64,000 nt of DNA from an uncultured virus (IMG/VR IMGVR_UViG_3300028840_004599) (Duplodnaviria > Heunggongvirae > Uroviricota > Caudoviricetes), in IMG/VR virus record IMGVR_UViG_3300028840_004599. One strand, 5' to 3'. Positions within the stretch are counted from its first letter, which is position 1, and every line of letters starts with the position of its first letter. The position numbers and the translations under genes were made by a program. Below are positions 56,282 through 64,000 of this stretch, in pieces. Below the pieces are notes generated by a model. The model saw only the letters and a list, made by a program, of their open reading frames with translations, was not told the DNA's origin and ran no database searches.

Positions 56282-58423
56282 GTGACAGACATTAACAACA
56301 TATTTGATATGGGTATTTCAGGCTCTACTGACTTCACATACCAGCACAACGAGAAAGAGCTTGGTCCAAGTATTGTTGTTGGAGGAAACTATGCTGCTGG
56401 AAGTGTGCCGAATTACGAAAATAACGACATCATAACAATATCCCTACCCTACGGGCAGCGTGTTGTTGGTAGGGTCATAAACCCGCGAACTATGGCAGAG
56501 CCGGACAAGTACCGTTTCACATTCGAAGTATTATCCGAACAGAGCCTATTCGTGAAGTCCTCCCCGTCGAAAGATGTCCGTTTTATGACAATGACATGGG
56601 AACAATACGAACGTTGGTTAGACGGTATCGATTTAACCGTTATAGATTATGTTCCAAAGGTGCGTATATCCAATGACCCACACGGCAGGTATGGTTGGGA
56701 TAGCCACTCCATTATAGCTTGGGCTGCTATGCAGATGTCGGCACAGATACAAGGCGTCTGGATTAACACACACAATTACTGGTTAAAGGATTTTCAGATA
56801 TCTTATGGCTCCTCGTATTATTCTGCCATGCTCGGACTTGTTGGCATATTCGACCCGCGTATAGAATTTGATGGGTATAACCTATATATACTGGACAGAG
56901 CTGTAAATAACGGGGAATTCGGAACAGTAAGTGTGGTTAAATCTGAGTTTATCAGCCAAGAGGAGCCGTGGTCGTCCAAGCCAAAATATGTGCGGGTTCT
57001 CGGGCAAGATAGTGAGTGGCGCGCAACCAAGTACAAGGGCAAAGTTGGTGGGTCTCTTACCTTTATAAACGTCCCCATGTACGATCTTACCGTCAAAGCT
57101 GGTTACTCGCACGGAACACCGGCACTAGAGGTAAAAAAGACAGACACCACGGAACCAGTAAAGAATGAGGAAAGCGAGAACATAATAGTAGCTGATGGAG
57201 ACGATACAGAAACCATATACACCAGAACAGTAGAGATTAACTATTATCTTCGGGACGTCTTTGGCAATAAGGCAGAAATATACCTGTCCGAGAAGTTTGT
57301 ATATAAGCGCATTGGTGATTACCCACCGTGGCCTTCGTACACAGCAGGTTCCACGTACACAGACCCAACAAATATGGAAACCGATTATCTGTACGAGTCT
57401 AAAATAGTCATACATTCCTACTCAGGCACAGGAACCAACTACGAGAAGCCCCGCCTGACCAGCACACACAACAGCGGACTTAACTATTGGGGATCGTTAG
57501 CAGTCCAACCACACACTGTGATAATAAATGGTCAGTATTGTTGGGAATCTTATGCTTCTGAAACAGGCTACGGTTTATCCGTATCCAAAAAACAAACATA
57601 CTACCCACTCGCCTCGGTAACGTTTAAAGGAACATCGTACACGGATGAATACAAGGATATGAGTACAGACCTCGTTTTGGATGGTGTGCCATTTTATGAT
57701 AGAGAAATAACCTACGCTCCAACGATATCGGACGGAAAAATAGATGATCTTGGCATCTTCTTACAGATAATGCCGAAGTATGCAATACAAGGAAAAAATT
57801 TCCCACTCAACGCATATGAGTTCCCAACAAAGGACACGGGTTTGGACGCGGATATGCCTATATCAGCCTCGAATCTAAAGACAGCCGATTTAATACGGGA
57901 TGAGTGTATTGTGTCGATGAAAGAAACCACCCTAACCAACATCGATTTTAGGCATTACACAAAAAGAGTTCGTCACAAGGAACGAAATGTTAGGGACGGG
58001 TTGATACATTTTGTAGAGAATTCGACAAAGCATATATCCTCCCCACCGCCACAAGAACCTTATAGGATGAGAACGATGCAGGCATATGCGGAGGACGATA
58101 CCATCCTGACGGAAACGCTCAATAATCCCCCGGCAGAAGTGGGCACGGAAGCAGTAGACTGGTACGATTTGGAAGAGATGCAACGAAAGGTAAAAAATAG
58201 ACTACGTAGGGGCGTACTGCGTAGAAAGTACAGGTTTTCCTGCCATGTGCCCTTCGAGATAGGGCAATCTGTAACACTGTCTACATATTCGGGACCGGGT
58301 GGAGCCATAGTACATGAGCCGGGCACATATAAAGATGCTCGTGTTGTTGACATAAAAATAAATAGGGATGCCAAAACAGGAAAGGCATACACAGATGTGG
58401 TAGTGGAGTGTGACGTAGTATGA
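56282..58423 (+). CDS. Tail tip / baseplate hub-like protein
   Basis: Large beta-rich ORF after tape measure. Confidence 0.55.
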   Translation: MTDINNIFDMGISGSTDFTYQHNEKELGPSIVVGGNYAAGSVPNYENNDIITISLPYGQRVVGRVINPRTMAEPDKYRFTFEVLSEQSLFVKSSPSKDVRFMTMTWEQYERWLDGIDLTVIDYVPKVRISNDPHGRYGWDSHSIIAWAAMQMSAQIQGVWINTHNYWLKDFQISYGSSYYSAMLGLVGIFDPRIEFDGYNLYILDRAVNNGEFGTVSVVKSEFISQEEPWSSKPKYVRVLGQDSEWRATKYKGKVGGSLTFINVPMYDLTVKAGYSHGTPALEVKKTDTTEPVKNEESENIIVADGDDTETIYTRTVEINYYLRDVFGNKAEIYLSEKFVYKRIGDYPPWPSYTAGSTYTDPTNMETDYLYESKIVIHSYSGTGTNYEKPRLTSTHNSGLNYWGSLAVQPHTVIINGQYCWESYASETGYGLSVSKKQTYYPLASVTFKGTSYTDEYKDMSTDLVLDGVPFYDREITYAPTISDGKIDDLGIFLQIMPKYAIQGKNFPLNAYEFPTKDTGLDADMPISASNLKTADLIRDECIVSMKETTLTNIDFRHYTKRVRHKERNVRDGLIHFVENSTKHISSPPPQEPYRMRTMQAYAEDDTILTETLNNPPAEVGTEAVDWYDLEEMQRKVKNRLRRGVLRRKYRFSCHVPFEIGQSVTLSTYSGPGGAIVHEPGTYKDARVVDIKINRDAKTGKAYTDVVVECDVV

Positions 58424-58602
58424 ACGTAGCTGATTACATAATGCAGCGTAAGTCAGCACTTAGACGACGACGCCCCAATCTCGAAACGGATGTTGCGGGG
58501 GAATGCGTACCTATAGGGGGCAGACCACACAGATCGGAAAGGGTTCTAATAGTGCCAGTAGGACACAGGAGATATGTGATTGGTGCTGTTGGTGTATCAT
58601 AA
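58420..58602 (+). CDS. Small tail-module protein
   Basis: ATGA overlap. Confidence 0.5.
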   Translation: MNVADYIMQRKSALRRRRPNLETDVAGECVPIGGRPHRSERVLIVPVGHRRYVIGAVGVS

Positions 58603-58640
58603 TGACACATATTGTACCATTTTAGAGGTAAACATACTAT

Positions 58641-58823
58641 ATGCAATACAAAAAGGAAACAGTAGTAGTAGAGTTATCGAGTCATTGTGTGCTCACACAG
58701 AGTGGCTATGTTGTTGAGTCTTCCGGTAGACCCGGGGATACGATAATTGTGCTCAAAATTGCAGGTTGTGTAAAGGGCACACACTTTACAGAGGTACTAC
58801 GCAGACCGGATAGGGGGGAATAG
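58641..58823 (+). CDS. Small tail-module protein
   Basis: GAGGT SD. Confidence 0.5.
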   Translation: MQYKKETVVVELSSHCVLTQSGYVVESSGRPGDTIIVLKIAGCVKGTHFTEVLRRPDRGE

Positions 58824-59194
58824 TGTTGTTAGACATACAAGACACGAACACATCGGACGATGAAAAGAGGATACAAACCAAGCGAACATTGGTTGTTAGT
58901 GGGAACAGCTATGAGAAGTCCTTACAGCATGGCACTGTGGCTGTAGAGTTTGTACGCGACTCCAACGGCAAGATACAAGTAGATGAGAACAACGCGCCAA
59001 TTGTCGAGTTGGACACAAACGGAAATCCCAAGCAGGGTCCTATACTATTACGGTGGAACCCAGAAGCGTATACAAAGGATGGGAAGACGTATGGAGCCTG
59101 GGTATCCGATGATGGGATAGGGGGTAGTGGGGTAGCCGTAAACTACTACAACATAGTTTCCTTGGGATTTTGTATAGATGAGACGGAAGCCTAA
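58823..59194 (+). CDS. Hypothetical tail-module protein
   Basis: Coupled ORF. Confidence 0.6.
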   Translation: MLLDIQDTNTSDDEKRIQTKRTLVVSGNSYEKSLQHGTVAVEFVRDSNGKIQVDENNAPIVELDTNGNPKQGPILLRWNPEAYTKDGKTYGAWVSDDGIGGSGVAVNYYNIVSLGFCIDETEA

Positions 59195-59197
59195 ATG

Positions 59198-59235
59198 AAG
59201 AAAGAACACAGAGTCGAAACCCTGTGCCCTCTCTT
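59198..59235 (-). terminator. Minus-strand UUCG hairpin (terminator or sRNA body)
   Basis: GAGAGGGCACAGGGT-TTCG-ACTCTGTGTTCTTTC pairs fully with four G-U on minus strand. Confidence 0.7.
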
Positions 59236-59262
59236 TTTTGGGGGTCAAATAAGGATATAGCA

Positions 59263-59279
59263 AGCAAGAATCGTGCCAG
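59263..59279 (-). promoter_or_regulatory. Sigma-54 promoter, antisense to tail operon
   Basis: CTGGCACGATTCTTGCT is a full match to YTGGCACG-N4-TTGCW. Confidence 0.7.
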
Positions 59280-61171
59280 TTAGTACAACATTTGCAGGAA
59301 ATATACTAAATCAGGACAAGGTTGCTCTACCAAGACTTACTGGTGGCCAGTCCAATTTTGATGGATATCCTGGTATTTTTGGTCTGTTTGTTCCAGATTC
59401 ATTTGTATCTGGGTATTGTTCAGCCTGCTGCAAGTGCGCTTCTCATGACGCAGCTATTATGGTTGGTGTTAAAGTAGGTAAGCACGCTCCCGAGGCTGTA
59501 TTTTACCCAGAATACAGATATACGCATGAAGATTTGTTATATCTGCATAATGCGCTTTATCTGACATATTATATTTATTATGGGGTTGAGTATGACCTTT
59601 TATACAACTCAGGGTGGACAGCTGACAATATTTCTCAACAACGAACATACACCATCGTAGACACGTCTTTGTCTGATCCGGTATTGAGCTCCAACCAGCT
59701 TCGGCTTCGGGGTGATAACCCGAGGCATTTGCAAACGGGCGACTCACAGCCTAACCCAGATTGGTATGGGAATGGGGGTGACGAGGGTAATCGCCTAATT
59801 ACGGTAGACTCATTCCACTGCTTGCCAATCGGTTCTATGGGAGTATTTCATTTCCCTTCCGTACTTAGACTAAAGCAGCTTCCATGCTTGACAAAGGTTG
59901 AGGATGTGACGGCGGTTGGTGATGGCGAATACGAGTTTATAGCTACTCTGTCAAATGCCTGTTCGTATGCAAAGTACCCCGATGATCAGAAATACGGTGA
60001 CGTGTCTGAGTACAGTATAACATTCTATTATTATAAAACGACCCCAATGGATTGGCCTGACATACAGCCATCTCCGAATACTGGGTGGACTCGCGAGACA
60101 GTGAGTTTAGAATCTGGAGATTTGGTAGAGGGCGTCTATACAATATCGGATAGAATATTGTATCCAGGCTTGGTGGATGTTGGTGGTCTAACGTTGTTTG
60201 GCTGTGTGGTTAGGGACGGACACAATAGGTATCCCGTATCCTTTGGCAGTTTATCAGTATCCACGCAACAATCTGGTGGTTCTTGGACGGTTCAAATAGA
60301 CTTTTCTTCCATAACGTCTTTTGATACAATCGAATTAATGTATTTTAGGGAGGCTTCCGGAAGCGACGATGTGTGGTTCAGAACCCGATCATCGTGTACA
60401 AATTCCAAGCGAGAGTGGTCTGGTTCATACACCCACGATACAAACAATTATTGTGCTGCTTATATAGGCTCTGATGGGAACCCACAATCGTCTGTTGCCC
60501 CATTCAAAGCAAACTTCTGTGACGAGTGTTGGCAACCGGAATGTCCAAATTTTACACTGACACCAGTATTTGATTGTAACGACCCTGCATGGCTTAATCG
60601 TTTTTGGAATAGTGTGGATATGGTCATGTCCCAAGGTATTCCTGGGTGTTCTAATCACAGAAATTTCTCTATAGACGTTGTTTCCATGCCATCTTTACGG
60701 CAGGTTGCGGGTTTTTACGAGACTGCAACATCTACGGGTGTGGGACACGCAACAAAGTACTTATATCACGATGCTGCTTGCGGACAGCTTGAAGAGAGTA
60801 GCACCAGCTTATATCTTAGGCATGGAGCTCTTTGGGGCAGGGATGGCAATGGTGAAGAATTTGACATGGCAGATATGTTGAATTCCAGAGCTGGTTTATT
60901 TCCGGAAGACGTATCCGGTTATGAGACAAAAAAGGGACAATTGGGTCAAACGTACGATGATGATATAGATGCAACTGGTGCTTTACGCAGATTCCCTTTC
61001 CACAATACAGGAGAAACGCACCTTTATCAATATACTACCAGTAATCATGGTTACTGTATGACTCAGGGTCGTAGAGAGAATATTCAGCTTATTATTTCTG
61101 GTTTTAATGAGAATGATTATCTGACGGACGATCAAGAGCTAGACGTGGCAGATATAAGGAGCTTATACTAA
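59273..61171 (+). CDS. Large Cys-rich tail-module protein
   Basis: 632 aa; CSACCKC, CDECWQPEC. Confidence 0.7.
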   Translation: MPVSTTFAGNILNQDKVALPRLTGGQSNFDGYPGIFGLFVPDSFVSGYCSACCKCASHDAAIMVGVKVGKHAPEAVFYPEYRYTHEDLLYLHNALYLTYYIYYGVEYDLLYNSGWTADNISQQRTYTIVDTSLSDPVLSSNQLRLRGDNPRHLQTGDSQPNPDWYGNGGDEGNRLITVDSFHCLPIGSMGVFHFPSVLRLKQLPCLTKVEDVTAVGDGEYEFIATLSNACSYAKYPDDQKYGDVSEYSITFYYYKTTPMDWPDIQPSPNTGWTRETVSLESGDLVEGVYTISDRILYPGLVDVGGLTLFGCVVRDGHNRYPVSFGSLSVSTQQSGGSWTVQIDFSSITSFDTIELMYFREASGSDDVWFRTRSSCTNSKREWSGSYTHDTNNYCAAYIGSDGNPQSSVAPFKANFCDECWQPECPNFTLTPVFDCNDPAWLNRFWNSVDMVMSQGIPGCSNHRNFSIDVVSMPSLRQVAGFYETATSTGVGHATKYLYHDAACGQLEESSTSLYLRHGALWGRDGNGEEFDMADMLNSRAGLFPEDVSGYETKKGQLGQTYDDDIDATGALRRFPFHNTGETHLYQYTTSNHGYCMTQGRRENIQLIISGFNENDYLTDDQELDVADIRSLY

Positions 61172-64000
61172 TGGGTCAAGCAGGATGTTCATATGGGTTT
61201 GCAACGAAGCTAGTGCCCCCGATAAATATTGATGGGAAACAGTATACACTTTTGGTTCGTTTCCACGATTACCCATCATTGGGTAATGATGATGAGATAG
61301 TATCTGGTGAGATAGAATCAGTTGTGGATATCGGCGGTGGTTACAAGAAAATTGTGTGTGCGTTGGGCAGATATTATTTTTCTCAAACTCATGTGCTCGG
61401 TGCTGGCAACTCGTATGAGGAAGTAGTAATGTATTATGCTGGTGGAAACATTTGTATAGCACCTGAACCTGCCATAGGCTCATATTGTTACTCGGATGCG
61501 AAGGCAACTACGGGACCCAACTCCGCAAATCGGGCACAGGACGGGCACACTCTTATATGGAATAATAAGAAGTTTCTTATAACAAAAGCCTTAGCATTTC
61601 ATGAAGCTCCAGATAGTATTAGCTGGCAACTTGGCAATAGATCACAAGGGGAGCGTATAACAGTTGGGTTGGTTGGAGAGGATGATTTTAAGGGTTGGCA
61701 GTTCCCGTTAAGCACTTATAATGCAAATGATGTGGCAATAGATACGACACTTGGTGACATATACGACGATGCAGGAATAACGTGGGAGGACACAGCTGTT
61801 GAGTCCGGTTCGTGTTCACGAAAGATTTTTTTGTCATCCCCTGACTATTTCCCATCGGATGCTTGTTTGGACTTTGCAGAGTTTTGGTACGACCCAATAC
61901 ACTACGGACTTCGTTTTTGCTCTACCAACGCTCTTCGCGCCGGTGATAGCAAGCCCTGGAGTGATGTAGACCTGCTCAAAGTGACTTGGTATGCGCGGGA
62001 TATACAAGGTGAGATGACGTTAGGCACGACAAAAGTATTTGCGTTCGAGGGTGACGGTGATGGTTTATCCGATTCCGGCGATAGTATAGCGACAATATTC
62101 GATACCGTAGAGAGACCAGACCCATTTGCTCTCCATAGTCAGCAGATTACTATTGGCAAGTCTATTGGTAGTGAATCCGGCTTGATGTGGCGAGAAGATT
62201 ATTCTGCCGATTCTCCATTTATTGCTTGGGTTTATGACGAGGACGGAAATGTTACACTTAAATATAGATTGTTGCAGGGAGGATCAATATCATCCAACCC
62301 TGTATCGGGTACTCACCCAATCCCGGTAACACTAAAGCTTGAGGAGATATCCGCAGGCACAATCAGGGCATGGTATGATGTGGGGGCTGGTTTTGTCCTT
62401 CATGATACAATCTCGCTTGATCTCACATATTCGTGGTTTGGTGGTGTGTTTGGCTCCTCTGGCTCTTCAATACGGGCATATTTCAACGCAGATACCGATG
62501 TTGAGGTTCTGCCCGTAGGCACAAATTCTGATTCTGGTGTTTTGTCATATCGTCTTGATAATGAGGTGTATACGCCATATGCCACAAAATGGTATTGGGA
62601 GCACGATAAGCCGTTTACAGGGGATATAGAAGAGATACGCAACGTATCAGCAGATGTGGATATGACATTGGTTGTTACGGGAACAGACCTACAACGGGAT
62701 ACGTACATGATATCCGGGAGCACACTAATATTTAGTCAAGAAGCATTCGGTGATAGTGTAACAGCAACATATGATAGTGATGAATCTTTGTCTGCCCCGG
62801 GAAGATGCCCAGGCGGACCAAAGAACTTTTCAAATGACGATGGTGTGGTTGAGCACAATATAGGTCAATATCGGGATTGTCTATACGTTTATGATCCAAA
62901 TGGGGAGCTTACGGCAATAGGCGGTGAGGACTTTTCTGTGATAACCAGTTCGGGGTTTGATCCTAGGACAACATTTTCATTGTATTATGACGAGGAAAAC
63001 AACGCAAGTACGGATTTTACACAGATACCGGATGGGTCTCTTATAAAAAATGCCTTGTCACGCTATGTATTGGTTGAGGATGTTTGGGTGGAAAGCAACA
63101 TATTTGCCAATAAACGATATTGTTTTGAAGGTGTTGGTTCAAGGTTTGTACGATTTAATGGTGCGTCCCCACGTTACCTTAATGAGGCTCGGGACTGCAT
63201 ACAGACATTAAATACTTGTCGTGTGTCTATAACACAGGGAGATGGTGCTCATATTTGCGGGGAAGGACAGATGTACCCGGTTCCCACTACACGTTTTTGT
63301 GATGAGGAGGGCAACAATGTATGGGGAGGGTGGACTGTGGGCGTTACCGGTGCGCATGTTGATAGAGAAAAAGCGAATGCGTGGTTTCAAAAACGGTCTG
63401 GAACCCGGTGGTTTCAGGCTTTTTCTTATTTCGGTAACAGGATAGCGACACCAGGAATCGTCCTCCCGTATGGGTGGATGGAGATTGATGGAGTTCCTGA
63501 ACAGGGCGATTTACATTACAATCTGGGTGGTATATGCCAAACGTATAAGGAGTATTATACGCAGTGCCCAGGGTTGGCTTTGCAGGGGATGTGTTCCGGT
63601 GGTGCGTTAAACCCTTCCGTGGGGTGGTGTTCTGACGGTTATTGCGGCGACCCACTTACACCCTCCGAATGGTATGAGGGTGATCGCGGTATCACCAATG
63701 CCATGGCGACATTTTTCGCGTGGGCTTCCACAGGGGGGCAAGATTTTTGTGGGTGCAATTACTACGAGAGTTGGGCGGTGGGACATGAGGAAATATCTCC
63801 AGAGTTTAATTTTACGCCTACGTATTTCCAGCCGGGAAATCGGTTGAAGAGAATGCTGGATAACACCACAATAAATTGGGCGAAGATGGAATTTGAGCTG
63901 AGTGGGGCTTGGCAACGGGTGAGAAACAAGGAATGGGATGCTACTGTTGTTGTGAACGATATTGATGGTATTGGGGAAAACTTCTCGTTCAGCCTCATGA
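61171..64000 (+). CDS. Very large tail-module protein, truncated by window end (not in ORF track)
   Basis: ATG overlaps previous TAA; MGQAGCSYGFATKLVPP...; frame open in all stretches I translated, including the last 800 nt. Confidence 0.75.
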   Translation, partial: MGQAGCSYGFATKLVPPINIDGKQYTLLVRFHDYPSLGNDDEIVSGEIESVVDIGGGYKKIVCALGRYYFSQTHVLGAGNSYEEVVMYYAGGNICIAPEPAIGSYCYSDAKATTGPNSANRAQDGHTLIWNNKKFLITKALAFHEAPDSISWQLGNRSQGERITVGLVGEDDFKGWQFPLSTYNANDVAIDTTLGDIYDDAGITWEDTAVESGSCSRKIFLSSPDYFPSDACLDFAEFWYDPIHYGLRFCSTNALRAGDSKPWSDVDLLKVTWYARDIQGEMTLGTTKVFAFEGDGDGLSDSGDSIATIFDTVERPDPFALHSQQITIGKSIGSESGLMWREDYSADSPFIAWVYDEDGNVTLKYRLLQGGSISSNPVSGTHPIPVTLKLEEISAGTIRAWYDVGAGFVLHDTISLDLTYSWFGGVFGSSGSSIRAYFNADTDVEVLPVGTNSDSGVLSYRLDNEVYTPYATKWYWEHDKPFTGDIEEIRNVSADVDMTLVVTGTDLQRDTYMISGSTLIFSQEAFGDSVTATYDSDESLSAPGRCPGGPKNFSNDDGVVEHNIGQYRDCLYVYDPNGELTAIGGEDFSVITSSGFDPRTTFSLYYDEENNASTDFTQIPDGSLIKNALSRYVLVEDVWVESNIFANKRYCFEGVGSRFVRFNGASPRYLNEARDCIQTLNTCRVSITQGDGAHICGEGQMYPVPTTRFCDEEGNNVWGGWTVGVTGAHVDREKANAWFQKRSGTRWFQAFSYFGNRIATPGIVLPYGWMEIDGVPEQGDLHYNLGGICQTYKEYYTQCPGLALQGMCSGGALNPSVGWCSDGYCGDPLTPSEWYEGDRGITNAMATFFAWASTGGQDFCGCNYYESWAVGHEEISPEFNFTPTYFQPGNRLKRMLDNTTINWAKMEFELSGAWQRVRNKEWDATVVVNDIDGIGENFSFSLM

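Larger units (their letters stand above)
1..64000. mobile_element. Tailed dsDNA bacteriophage / prophage, probably temperate siphovirus-like
   Basis: Terminase, portal, protease, capsid, tape measure, PolA and tyrosine integrase; bacterial SD sequences; no host genes; no tail sheath recognised. Confidence 0.95.

Noticed and set aside
61163..63998. Apparent gene-poor stretch with short ORFs
   Set aside because: Artefact: one long plus-strand ORF from 61171 runs off the window
1..64000. CRISPR array, cas genes, reverse transcriptase/DGR or retron
   Set aside because: No regularly spaced repeat-spacer units and no RT (YxDD) or Cas motifs recognised
1..64000. Alternative genetic code
   Set aside because: Core genes are intact in code 11 and TAA, TAG and TGA all terminate genes with tight packing

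Overview
The whole window is a tailed dsDNA phage genome segment (HK97-type head, probably non-contractile tail, tyrosine integrase, so likely temperate); no host housekeeping genes are visible. It opens in the end of the tail module and closes inside a large tail gene, suggesting a permuted, nearly complete genome. Layout: tailspike, mini-NrdD and integrase (0.2-4.4 kb); rightward accessory block with an Ntn-protease, two DNA methyltransferases, a phosphoesterase, an exonuclease, a permuted NlpC/P60 enzyme, an RNA ligase and a tRNA(CAT) (4.7-19.4 kb); leftward block of small genes with a repeated leader motif and a divergent beta-clamp homologue (19.5-28.4 kb); a 1 kb divergent control region; replication genes (DinG-type helicase, Sak4-like ATPase, ERCC4 nuclease, UDG-PolA fusion; 33.4-40.8 kb); packaging, head and tail genes (42-64 kb). 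The most striking unexplained signals are regulatory: near-consensus sigma-54 (-24/-12) promoters, one preceded by an array of enhancer-like palindromes and followed by a long rod-shaped RNA with an exposed anti-Shine-Dalgarno, another driving a short antisense hairpin RNA inside the tail operon; phased NrdR-box-like sites ahead of the replication genes; and signal-peptide-bearing proteins inside the virion modules. All protein calls come from motif recognition by eye, not database searches.
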